Shown in pieces: positions 37,560 to 49,749 of a DNA stretch of 64,000 bases. Below the pieces are notes generated by a model. The model worked only from the letters and a program-made list of their open reading frames with translations, was not told where the DNA came from and ran no database searches. The position numbers were made by a program, and so were the translations under genes. Origin of the DNA: Dipteris shenzhenensis (lineage: Eukaryota); assembly GCA_047967505.1 (NCBI GenBank), contig CM106538.1; one strand, given 5' to 3'. Every line of letters starts with the position of its first letter. The first letter of the stretch is position 1.

Positions 37560-40200
37560 CAGAAACAACATTTCAAGATCACTTAAGAAGTTGTGCAAGA
37601 GTTCAAGAGGATGGACTCAAAGAGATGAATCTCGGAATAGAACAAGATCCAAAGATGGTGCATGTTAGTGCTTTGTTGGATGAAAATTTTCATGAAAATT
37701 TGAAACACTTGTTGCTAAAATTCAAGGGTGTATCTGCCTGGCATTATACAAACATAAAGGGGATTGCTCTATATTTTTGTCAACATAGGATCAACTTAAG
37801 CAAGGATTTTGTACCAATGATCCAACAAAGATACAGAATGAACCCAAATTATGCTTAGAAGGTGAAGGAAGAAATTGGTAAATTGCTCAAGGTGGGGTTT
37901 ATTTACCCAGTGGGATAAGGTAACATGGCTTTTACCCATAGTCATAGTACCTAAAAAGAATGGTAAACTTAGAGTGTGTGTTGATTATAGAAAGCTAAAT
38001 GCAGCAACAATAACATGTCCTTTTCCATTACCTTTCTATGACACAATGCTTGGTGCTATGGTAAGTCATGAGATGTACCTTTGGTCTGAAGAATGCACCT
38101 CCCACATTTCAGAAGTGGATTCAGGAAGTCTTTGATCCATACTTGACAAATTTTATCAGAATTTTTCTTAATGATTTCTCTGTGTTTGGAAAGAGGGAGG
38201 AGCATTTGCAACATCGCAGATTATGCCTTGAGAGATGCAAAATTGCACGGCTTAGTCTTAATCTAGAGAAGTGTGCTTTTGCAGTTAAGAGGGGTGTTCT
38301 ATTAGGTCATATAATCTCTGAAGAAGGCATGGCGATAGATCCACGGAAGGTGGAAGTTATTCAGAATGCTCCTACACCAAGAACTCTTAAACAGTTTTTC
38401 ACACTTTGTTGGGCAGATAAAATGGCATAGTAGAATTTCGCACTATCTTTCCAATGTTTGTGCACCATTGACAAAACTTACTAGGAATGGAGGAGCTTAT
38501 AAATGGGAGGAGAAACACCAAAAGGCTTTTGTTTTATTGAAGAATATGTTAGTTGTGGCACCAATTCTTAAATCTCCTAACTGGAAGTTACCATTTCATA
38601 TTTTTGTTGATGCTTCGGATGTGGCTGTCGGTGCAGTGTTAACACAAAAATTTGTTAAAAGGTGGTTTCAGCCCATATATTATGCCAGTAAAAGATTGGC
38701 AAAAACAAAGCAGAATGATAGTGTTACTCATAGGGAGGCATTGGGAATGGTTTATGCTCTCAAAAAATTGAGACACTATTTATTGGGGAATAAAGTGATC
38801 TTGCATGTGGATCATCAAGCTCTCATTTATTTGGTAAACAAACCACAGTTGTCTAGAAGGTTGGCTAGATGGATATTAATCCTCCAAGAATATGATTATG
38901 ACATTGTTCATACACGTGGTAAGCAGCATGTTGTTGAGGATTATTTAAGCCAATTGATGAATGGTGAGGCACCTTTGGGAATTCAGGATGATTTACCTGA
39001 TGCACATCTGTATTCTGTCAACCTAGATGGTGGGTAAGATTGGTATGATAGAATGCTTCTTTTTCTGATGGAGGGGATGGTACCTTAGTCACTATCAAGA
39101 GATCAGAGGAAGAAATTCGTGTTGCAAGGTAGACCATTTTTTGTCATAGCTAGAGTTTTGTATAGGATAGCTATTGATCAGATTATTTGAAGATGTGTAC
39201 CAGATCATGAAAGGAAAGCAGTCCTAATGGAAGCACATGCTAGAAATTCAAGAGGTCAATTTTTTGGTGATATTACTGGAAAATAGTTACTGCATGCAAG
39301 TTTGTGGTGGCCTACAGTGTTGAAAGATGCTCACTAATTTGCCAAAACTTGTTTACCATGTCAGAGAGATGGTAGGACAATAGATGCAAATTGGATGCCA
39401 CATCAACCTATCTTACCTTTGGGTCCATTCCAGAAATGGGGACTCAATTTCATTGGTCCAATCAAACCTTTGACTAAGTATACTGGCAACCAATAAGTAT
39501 ATTTTGGTAGCCACCGACTATTGCATGAAGTGGGTAGAGGTAATTGCTTTGTGAGATAATACAATAGCTAGCACAGCTAAGTTTATCTATTACAATATCA
39601 TAACCAGGTTTGATTGTCCAATAGAGAGAGTTTCTGATCAAGGGGTTCATTTCATGAACACGCCTATAAGGTAACTACAAGAATGACACCATTTTGCCTT
39701 GTTTATGGATGTGAAGTGGTAGTCCCAATGGAGTTTATTATACCTAGTCTCTAAATAGCTGAGAATAGATTGTCACTAGAGGAATCAATTAATCATAGGA
39801 TTCAGCAATTGTTGAAGCTGGAGGAAGACAGGGTGGCGAGTTCCTATATTTCAGATGTGATTCAAAAGAGAAGGCAAGCTTGGATAAATAGTAATTCAAG
39901 TTTAAAGTGTTTTCGAAAGGAGATCTAGTATTGATGTTTAATTCTAAGTTAGGTCCTCATCCAAGAAACCTTAAGTTGAGATATAATGGTCCTTACAAAA
40001 TTATGGACGTGTTGGGAGAAGGAACATTTAGATTGGAGGATATGTATGGCAATGCAGTTTTGAAACCGGTGAATGGTTATAGGTTGAAGCTATATTATGC
40101 ACCAACATTATCCATAAATGTTGTGGGAGATGAATCAATGCTTCAAGCTGGAGTGGTAATGGTATATGCAGTGGCTACTTACCAAATTGGAAGGGATTTT
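37560..40200 (+). mobile_element. Degenerate non-chromovirus Gypsy pol (RT, RNase H, integrase) with internal deletions
   Basis: KKNGKLRVCVDYRKLN, FGLKNAP, FVDAS, DHQAL, GPFQKWG, GPYKI. Confidence 0.9.
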
Positions 40201-40201
40201 T

Positions 40202-40900
40202 CTAAATGTTTGAAATTATGAAAATCCAAAAAGTTTGAGTGCGGAATTCTAAAGGATGCTCCCAGTTAGACCATCTAGCCTTAGAAATTTTGGAGTGCCC
40301 TCCCCACAAAAAGGATCTACAAACTCTAGTGAATTTTTCCAAGTAAGATTTGGAATGATCCCAACAAGACAAATAAAATATAGATATAGGGTAAATGCAA
40401 TGGTTTAGAACCAACCTTCTCCCTACCAGGTTTGCTTGTAATCCTCGATATGTCACCCTCCACCTATGCATGACTCTAAATCTTGCCCTCTCATTTATTC
40501 TTTTTGCTTTGGCCTCTAGCATGTCTCTGAGACCTTAAGAAGCATGATCACCCACAAAATACAAACTAAGATCATGGAAATAACCAAGACCTCATCAAGT
40601 TAGGCCCTTCGAGGGTCTCGAGGAGGATCAACTATGGGAGGGACTCTGGGCTCTCAACCACCAATCTGATCTTGCCCATTGGCGATGAGTTGCATGTAGA
40701 TCCATTACTCTTGGGTTGGTGGTGTCTTCAATGATTGTGTCAATACTATGTGTGTGTTGGTTCCCTACCCTTTGTTGTTGCTCTTTGGTTTGCCTAAACA
40801 ATTCCCAATGGCTTCATTTTGGTGTGTTCGGTGAGGTGTATGTTGAATGTGGCATTCCGAGGGCATTCCTCATTGGTGGGAGGCCCCATTCTCCATAGAG
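40202..40900 (-). mobile_element. Degenerate LINE ORF2 fragment
   Basis: GRRLVLNH..IFYLSCW...CRSFLWGG resembles the region downstream of L1 RT. Confidence 0.6.
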
Positions 40901-40949
40901 ATCCTTTGTGAGAATATTGACACCTTCCCCACCATCCACTATTTTAGGA

Positions 40950-41800
40950 TATTGGCCAAAGTCTTTATGCTCTAGTGGCATGGTTACATTTTATGTCATC
41001 TCCATTTCAAACCAATTGAAAATTCACATAGAGCCTCTTTTTTTAGTGTTTTTGATTGCATTTGATAGCAAAAATGCCTTACCAATCACCTCAACTACCT
41101 TTCCTATAATCTAACAATTAAAAACACTGCAAATCACTCAAAAATACTTCACCACTCCTCTTTTCACTCACACCTTTCCTACACTCCAAAACCAATAGCT
41201 TTTTGTTATTCTACTAAGCATTTTGCAATGGGAAGATAATAAGAGAGACAATGCATGAAAAAGTGTACTTGGCACCCTCCCCGACAATGGTGCAAAAAAT
41301 GTGTGGTCTTTGGCGATGACTCACATGTCATGGGGATCTAGCCAATACACCGATGAGGTACTCCCTCCAAGCAACTCTGGATGAAGAGCAATGCATGCAA
41401 TGTCATCCCACTAGTGTCACTCTATCAACTCCCGACTTGTTGTAATCATGAATCCATAAGAGAAGAAGGGGGAGTATGGAGGGGGAATGTAGAAGGGAGG
41501 GGGAGTATGCAAGGAGAAGGGAAAGGGGAAGATAACATGGAATTCACAAAAAACATGCAAAGGAAACAAGAAAAAACTTCACAAGATGAAAGAGAGCTTG
41601 TATTCCAATGGAATCCAATGAGAGGATACAACAAGAGAAGACCAAAGTCAACCATTTGGCCTTTTACACATAACTTTTGAAGGAAGGGCCAACCCTCTTC
41701 TTTGTGCCTCTCTCTTCTTCTCCTTTTACAATCATTTTGCGCGCATCTGGATCCAAGACAAAGTGTTAACAAAATACTAATGCTCAGAATACATCGAGGT
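40950..41800 (-). mobile_element. Athila-like LTR/PBS/leader fragment, inverted relative to the 15 kb copy
   Basis: Minus strand reads TGCACCATTGTCGGGGA (PBS-like) at ~41279-41295; LTR similarity to ~15170-15232. Confidence 0.55.
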
Positions 41801-43494
41801 ACCAAAATGTGGTGGTGTCAACCACTACTGTTAACAATCCTAGTGGTTGGAACAATAAGTAAGCTTGGCCTATCTTACTAACTAGATGATTTGGAACTAG
41901 CCCATTGGTCAAAACAACCAACAATCACAAAGTTAGAATGATGATTATCATCATTGGGATGGTTTAGAATACACAACCCCCTCACTCACACACACGTTCG
42001 ACCACTGGGCCAGGCGCTTGGCCTAACAAGGATATTGTATATGTGTGAGTGCATCTTAGATTTATGGATGATGGGCAAAAGAGCTAGACAAGACAAGAAA
42101 TTCTAGAAATTTAAGAGTGATAGATTTGGATTATCATTACGACACAATCAAACATGTGATCTACCCATTTCCATAATTATTATAATGTTAATGAAGAAAT
42201 TTAAGACCATTGACTATGAGAAGTGGGATGTATCAGTTTTGTGTACATTTGGTATTTAAAATTTCCAACAAAGATCATAGATACAGATTTTCACATAACA
42301 ATATGGAAATGTTTATCTACTCTCATTTGGTTGAGCTATTTTGCAAATCATAGATACAGTATGAAAATGTTTGTATACTCTCAATTATTTAAAAATATTA
42401 AGTTTTAGATATAAGCTATATCTCAAGGAAAGAAGGGAAAAAGTTTCTTCAAAAGAGAGGCACATCATGTCTCTATCTTAAACTCTAACACTATGAAAAC
42501 TTTGTGTACTATCTAAGTATATTCTCATTACAAAACATATATGAACTAAGACGGTCCGATATATTAATTGTGTAACATGATTTAGTATTTCCAAAAGAAA
42601 ATGATGGCAAAGAATTCCACATTTACTGATATTTTACATGTTTGTGGTATCAACAAGAATTTGTCTCAACAAGTGTAGTTAAATTAAGAGAGAGAAAAAG
42701 ATAGTAAAACATCACAAACAAGTGGAATTTTCAACATGCATCTTTTTATGATGCAACATCCAAGAGTTATCAATGTGGAGGTAACCTTGCTTCTTTCTAA
42801 TGGCTCAACTTGTTGTCTAAATGGTCACCCCAACTTCAAGAAGAGGCCTTGATCAAGGAGATTCTTCCCTTCACAAGGAAGCCTCTTTTTTTCCCCTTAT
42901 TTTTGAGTGAGGATTCTCTTGGGGGGGTGGTTTTATTCACTTGGCCACTCTTTGCCAAGGATTTAATATGCAAAGTAAACAAAAGTTTCAAGGAGTGGTC
43001 TTGAGAGGGATCAAGGAAAGGCTTGTAGGGAGTGAGGTAGAGAGGAAAGAGTGATGGTAGATGACCACCATGCATGCATCGAAGTAAGTAAATAGTGAGG
43101 GCCACTAGGTTATCAAGCAAGCTAGGAGAATGATGGCCACTGGGCTAGATGTGAGTTAGAAATTTCATGGCCACTAGGCTGGCAATGCCTAACTTAATTT
43201 GGCTCACTATATATTATGTGACGGCGGCATACCACATGATTTTGTTAGTGAGTTGGGCTATTGAAAGGTAGTTTTACCTAAAAGAAAAAGCTTTGTATAA
43301 TGATCTCCATAAAAAGCATACAAGTTCAATTAATTAAAGAAAGCATGCCAACTCAACTAACTTTTCTTAAAAATTATATGTTGAAATTCACAAAGGACTA
43401 TAGCACTGCCTCTAAGTAGGCAGTGCTAATAAACACACTACTCTCGACACCACTCATGTTTGAGAAAGCAAAAAATTATTTTTATATTAACAAT

Positions 43495-43836
43495 TATATT
43501 ATGATAGTTTGAAGTAGATTCACCATTGAGCAATTATGATAGTTTGATATAATTGCCCAATTATCTTAATTATTATATCATAATTAACAATTATGATAGT
43601 TTGGAGTAGATTTACCATTGGGCAAGAGAATATTGAGCTCCACTAGTTGCTCAACTTTTCCTCTAATCAAACACCTTGAAGAATATTCTAGTGGTGAGGC
43701 CTCCAAATGGAAAATTCACTTTAAAAATACATTCATTGCTTGTCAATAAGAGAATATTGTGCTTCATTAGCTACTCAAATTTTCTTTGAAGCAAACACCT
43801 TTGCAGACTATTTTGGTGGTGAGGCCTACAAATGGC
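43495..43836. repeat. Local imperfect tandem duplications (~35 bp and ~85 bp units)
   Basis: ATTATGATAGTTTG.AGTAGATT.ACCATTG twice; AAGAGAATATTG...GGTGAGGCCT.CAAATGG twice. Confidence 0.7.
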
Positions 43837-46099
43837 TATTTGCATCATGAGGGGTAACTGAAGAAACTACCCCATAAACATGTTCACCATTTTGGCAACA
43901 AGGGCATGAGGCCCAAAAGAAACTAGCAAAAAAATCCCCTCTAAGAGGGATTCAAAAATTGGACAAATCTCCACTTTGTAAGGCATACTTCCCTGCCATG
44001 TGAGGTCTTGGATTACATTGGACATAATCTGGTGGTGGCAATGCATGGCCACCCTTTGTGAGAAGCTAACGACAAGAATCCACCTAGATTTGAATGTGAG
44101 GGATAGTTGGCATAGATGGAGCTTAAAGATGATCGTGGAGAGCAGGATGAAGTAGGAGAGTGAAGCAAGATGGTGGAGATGGGACTTAAATAAGTAGGAC
44201 CCACCACATTCCTAGCCTAGCATCAAATATTGGAGCCAATCATATAGATCATTGTAATTTGTGGAATTTATCTTGGCACCCAAAATTTCTATCCACTAGA
44301 GTCTAGTCATTTCCAAATCCCACGAGATCCCACTAGATTAGATTGTCCTCATTGCATAATGACTTTGGCCACATGCAAGCCTGGTGCGTGTAACTGTCCA
44401 CACTATTACAGCTACCAAACTAATTCATTGGTTTTTTTGAAGTTGCCAATTACAAACTTGTTGGTTGTAACTATCCAAATTTTTAGAGCTACCAAATTAA
44501 GTCACTTGTCCCATCTCTGAACAAGCAGAATAAACATCCGACAAATATGGTGGCCAATTTTTAGTGCTTACAAATATGTTAGGAGCCTTCTTGTTTTAGC
44601 AATTACTTGTTATTATTGAATTTAGAAATTGCTTGCTTGTGCAAGAGATCGTATTTCTTGCCCACCCAATGTCTCTTATGGCTTGCCTCTAACATTGTAA
44701 CACCATCAAGGTTTGAATTTGCGAAGATAGGAAAAGGTGAGGTTTAGGACTTCTTGGGAGAAGGAAAACTTCTTCTCTTCCATCATTTTGGATCTTAGTC
44801 AGTTGATGGTGAATTGTCTCTTCTAGAAAATTCAAAGGCACCCCATGTCTTGGAAGGTGCTACGAATCTTGTTTTTAGTGTCTCTTGCTACTAGCTTGGA
44901 TATCTCCTTGTTTTAGTAATCACTTGCTATTATTGAATTCATAAATCTCTTGCATGTGTAGGAGATGATACTTCTTACCCACCCAATGTCTCTTGTGGCT
45001 TGTCTCGTGATGGGGCATGTCGACATGGCAAGTGTGCCACTTACGTGACTAGGAAGTGGGAGATGCCATCGGAAAAGGATGTTGACCATGGGCGTTGAAA
45101 AGCCGGACACATTTTTCCATGTGAACAAAACTACAAACGCGCATGATCTACAACCATCCCGAGGCGTAAATATAGCCAGTCGCTTTCATAGAGAGAGAGA
45201 AGGACAAGGAGGGTTTTTTGGGCATGCCAAAGGCAAAGCCATAGAGCTTGTTTTGGGTTCTCTTATTATGGGAATTGTGCAAGGGCTTTAAAGGAAGGCT
45301 ATGATAACGGGTAAAGTGAGAGGGGCTTTAAGGGTTGTCATAATCAAAGGGTGAGGTTGTCACATCTCCTTTGGCAAGCTTAGGGTGTTTACACACTTGG
45401 CCCACAGTGGGCATGCCCAAGGTTCATGGACAGGCAAGATTGCCCGCTCATTGCCCGCCCACGGTGGAGATGCATTCAATAAACGTTGGGCCCCATCTTT
45501 AACCTATTAACCCCACGAATACCCAAAAAAAAAAAGGAGAGGACATGTGGTAGCTTGGAGGTGAAGAGCCTACCACGTGTCACAAAGAAGGAGCTCTTGG
45601 ATGGAGGCTTGGAGGGGGGAGGAGGTGGAAAGACAAGAGGCAAGCTTTGGGGAGGAGGTGGAAAGCAAACACGCAGTTTTAGGGGCATGGAGGAGATAGA
45701 AGGTCAAGGGAATGGAGGAGATGGAAGGTCACAAGGTCACCTTCGGGAGGAAGAAGGAGATGGAAGGTTAATGGAATGAAAGGGAAGGTCTCAAAGCCAT
45801 GCGTTAAGACTTAGCCAAAATTTAAGAATCAAAGATCCACGTTGAGATGAGGAGTGGTTTAGGATGGTCATGTATCTTTGCCCGTGCAAAGCACGAGTTC
45901 AGTACTTGTAGTGTGTAAACACCCTCACTGAAATTTCCACCTTGTTAACAATTCCAAGGAGCTCATTGGAAGTAGATCCGAGGATCAAACACACAACACA
46001 GAGGTCTGGTGGCATTGAGTGGGGAGAGAGAGAGAGATATGTATGGAATGCTGTGATTGAGCGTCATCCTGTACCACACAAGCGACACACTTCTGCAAA

Positions 46100-48780
46100 A
46101 GCAGATATATCACGTACTGGGCGCTCATGGAAAGAGTACTTCGCCCGAAACAACGAAGTACGTGTACCACGAGCTGAACTCAATCCTTTTTTAGCTGTAG
46201 ATTGAATTCTTCACTCGTAGCAGACCCTCGCAAGAGCCCCAGATTTCAAGCAGAAACTTACCAAGTCGGTATGGATATACGGCTGGTACAATCCCAGTTG
46301 GGCTAAAGGCACGCTGCAAAAAAATGGAGACTGCAAACAACGCCATGCACAGCCCCATAGCACAACTGCCAGAGCTTAGCTTAGAGGAGGCACTCGCTTC
46401 TTTGGAACGCATGCCCAATCCGCCTTCGGTTGAAAACTTGACACGCATCTTGCGCAAATGCAAAAAACACAAAAATCCAGCGTATGCGCTCCGCTTGCAT
46501 GCCTATTTGCGCAAAAGTGGGCTGGAAGCTCATAAGTCACTCGGGAACTACGTCGTCCCAATGTTGGTGGAAATTGGAAGCATGTGTGATGCCCAGCAGC
46601 TTTTTGATAGGTTGGTTGATCGGAATGCGTATTCCTGGAATTCTCTCATCACAGGTTATGTTGACTGTGGCGAGTTACAGCATGCCTTCGTACTGCACCA
46701 AAAAATGCAGGACGATTGTGTACATCCTAATGGGTATACGTTCGTGGCCTTACTAAAGGCTTGTGCCAGGCTGAAAGATAAAGAAAGAGGCCGAGAAATA
46801 CATGCTGAGATTATGAGAATGGGGTTGTTGGAAAGAGATCCTTTTGTTGGTAGCACCTTGGTTGATATGTATGCTAAGTGTGGCTTGCTTGCAAAAGCAC
46901 AGGAAGTGTTTGACCAACTTCCAATTCGAGATGCAGTCTTGTGGACTGCACTTATCGCAGGGTATGCTGAACATGACCTTGGTCAGGACGCACTGAACTG
47001 TTTCGAACAAATGCAATTGGAGGGTGTCTCTCCTGATGCAGTCACATTTGTTTGCAGCTTGAAAGCTTGTGGCAGCGTAGGAGCCATAGACAAGGGCCAA
47101 GAAATACATGCTGAGATTGCGAGAAATGGGTTGTTGGAAATAAATCCTTTTGTCGGTAGCACCTTGGTTGATATGTATGCCAATTGTGGCTTGCTTGCAA
47201 ATGCACGGGAAGTGTTCGACAAACTTCGAATTCAAAATGCAGTCTCCTGGAATGCACTTATCTCGGGGTATGCTGAACATGACCTTGGTCATGACGCTCT
47301 GAACCGTTTTGAACAGATGCAATTGGAGGGTGTCTCTCCTGATGCAGTCACATTTGTTTGCAGCTTGAAAGCTTGTGGCAGCATAGGAGCCATAGACAAG
47401 GGCCGAGAAATACATGCTGAGATTGTGAGAAAAGGGTTGTTGGAAATAAATCCTTTTGTCGGCAACACCTTGGTTGATATGTATGCCAAGTGTGGCTTGC
47501 TTGCCAATGCACAGGAAGTGTTGGACAGACTTCCAGTTCGAGATGCAGTCTCCTGGAATGCACTTATCGCAGGGTATTCTGAACATGATCTTGGTCAGGA
47601 TGCACTGGACTGTCTCGAACAGATGCAATTGGAGTGTGTCTCTCCTGATGCGGTCACATTTATTTGCAGCTTGAAAGCTTGTGGCAGCATAGGAGCCATA
47701 GACAAGGGCCAAGAAATACATGCTGAGATTACGAGAATGGGGTTGTTGGAACGAAATCTTTTTGTTGGTAGCACCTTGGTTGATATGTATGCCAAGTGTG
47801 GCTTGCTTGCAAATGCACGGGTAGTGTTCGATAAACTTCCGGTTCGAGATGCAGTCTCGTGGAATGCACTTATCACAGGGTATGCCCAGCTAGGAGATAG
47901 TGATAAGGTTTTTCTTATGTTTGACGGAATGAGAGCAGAAGACATAAAACCAAGTGGGGTCACATTTCTTAGCATTCTTACTGTATGCAGTCACACATGT
48001 CTAGTGGAGAAGGGCCAGACATACTTTGAATCCATGAGCAAAGACTATGGCATCACTCCAACTATTGAGCACCACATTTGCATGGTTGATCTCCTTGGCC
48101 GTGCAGGCCAATTAGACAAGGCAGTAGTGATGATAAAGAAGATGCCAATCAATTATAATCTCGTGTTGTGGCATACTGTGTTGGGTGCTTGTCGGAAGTG
48201 GGGGAATGTGGAGCTTGGAAGGTGGGCCTTTGAACATGCAGTGGATTTGGATAAAAAGGATGCCGCCGCTTATGTCTTGATGTCTAACATCTATGCAGAT
48301 GCTCACATGCAGGAGGACACTAGGCAGGTTGAGTTAATGAGATTAAAAGAACAAGCACGGAAGAAGCCAGGATAGAGTTGTGGACTGATGTTATCGGGAT
48401 TCGGCTTTCAGTTTTGTTAGGGGATAGAGGACATTCCCAAAGCAATTATATATATGCAAAGCTTGAAGATCTTTCAAAATAAGGGAAGAGGGATATGTAC
48501 CAGATTTGCATCTGCTATCTCGGGACATACCTGATAATCTAAAGAAATTTGAGTTATGTGGGCAGAGTGAAAGTTGGCTATCGCTTGTGCTCTGATTAAT
48601 ACACCCAAGGGGTACCCATACATGTTGTAAAAAATCTTCAGGCTTGCAGAGACTGTCATTCGGCTACAGCACATATATCAAAATATATCCGAAGTAGAGC
48701 AGTGAACTATTCTTGTCAGAGATGCTAACCACATTCATGTTTTCAAGAATGGATAGTTTTCTTGTGAGGTCTATTGGTAA
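46100..48780 (+). pseudogene. PPR paralog 2 locus: damaged PDF exons, open PPR-E core, degraded DYW
   Basis: Homology to 6964-9698; intron 46158-46220; extra A before ATG 46324; TAG at 48373 after KKPG; frameshifted DYW ending SCEVYW*. Confidence 0.9.
46324..48375 (+). CDS. PLS-class PPR protein, E-type as truncated (683 aa); expression unknown
   Basis: Uninterrupted ORF, same motif count and length as paralog 1 up to KKPG. Confidence 0.7.
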   Translation: METANNAMHSPIAQLPELSLEEALASLERMPNPPSVENLTRILRKCKKHKNPAYALRLHAYLRKSGLEAHKSLGNYVVPMLVEIGSMCDAQQLFDRLVDRNAYSWNSLITGYVDCGELQHAFVLHQKMQDDCVHPNGYTFVALLKACARLKDKERGREIHAEIMRMGLLERDPFVGSTLVDMYAKCGLLAKAQEVFDQLPIRDAVLWTALIAGYAEHDLGQDALNCFEQMQLEGVSPDAVTFVCSLKACGSVGAIDKGQEIHAEIARNGLLEINPFVGSTLVDMYANCGLLANAREVFDKLRIQNAVSWNALISGYAEHDLGHDALNRFEQMQLEGVSPDAVTFVCSLKACGSIGAIDKGREIHAEIVRKGLLEINPFVGNTLVDMYAKCGLLANAQEVLDRLPVRDAVSWNALIAGYSEHDLGQDALDCLEQMQLECVSPDAVTFICSLKACGSIGAIDKGQEIHAEITRMGLLERNLFVGSTLVDMYAKCGLLANARVVFDKLPVRDAVSWNALITGYAQLGDSDKVFLMFDGMRAEDIKPSGVTFLSILTVCSHTCLVEKGQTYFESMSKDYGITPTIEHHICMVDLLGRAGQLDKAVVMIKKMPINYNLVLWHTVLGACRKWGNVELGRWAFEHAVDLDKKDAAAYVLMSNIYADAHMQEDTRQVELMRLKEQARKKPG

Positions 48781-49749
48781 TCCTAGTGTAACTATGGTAG
48801 TGTTTATTCCTCTTACTTGAAATGTTGATGCTAGCAGAACAGAAACATAAGTGAGGCAGAGTCAGACCAGGAGAATCAAAGGATGAAATTGAGTTGGGAT
48901 CATATGTGCTTTATTGAACAAGGTTGAGAGTTTCTAGAAATCCAGCCTCTTTTTCTCCATATTAGTAGACCTCTTTTGATTTCTGCTAAGTACAATTTAT
49001 GACATTTTCATGATTTTGTAAGTGTGATCGTCCCCCCTAAGTTGAATTCCCTTGTTAACGTGGACAAAGTCTTCTGTGAGCTAGTTCTAGTATTTCAGAT
49101 TTGGAGTTTGCTACTGCGGCTTTTATGTCTTGTATTTTCATTTGCTTAAGAAGGTGCTATATCTACTGAGGCATGTATCTTTGATAAAAAATTGTATCAC
49201 ATGATAATATGATGCAAAGTTTAAGAGTTAAAATCATATTGTTATTTATTTGTACTCCCATAGGTTCCTATATTCCTATGAATGAGTTTGTGCAACCAGC
49301 TACTTAGGTACCCTAAAGTACTAAGAAAACATTTCCACGGTACTTTATGAGCAGAGATTTTCAGGAATGTTACAATGGTATGGTCATGTATACCAACTGT
49401 AGTTGGGTTAATCTAGTTATGTCAGTTTTAATTTTTCTTGAATGAAGTTTTGCTCCTCCAGTTTGTACGTGATGACTGTCTCCCGTTTGGTCAACTTCCA
49501 AGAGGCCTCAAGCTCAATAAGTATAACACAACATAATAATTTGATGGTATGCTTTATAGATAGTAAGTGGCCAACCTTAAATTTACGCTCTAGAAGGTTT
49601 GACATTGCTTATGCTACAAGGTTGCTTCATCAGTTTACTTTTTGGTTTGCATTATGCTTGGCATTGACCTTCTTGGGTATACAAACTATGATTGGTCAAG
49701 GACGTTGATGACTGATGATCCACTTTGGGCCATTGTTTCTCATTGAGTT

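Noticed and set aside
44590-45005. ~100-bp direct repeats 320 bp apart as a TRIM
   Set aside because: No TG..CA ends, PBS, PPT or TSD found
46753-47721. 322-aa antisense ORF and other repeated antisense ORFs over the PPR genes
   Set aside because: Shadow of the 306-bp sense repeats; no independent domain
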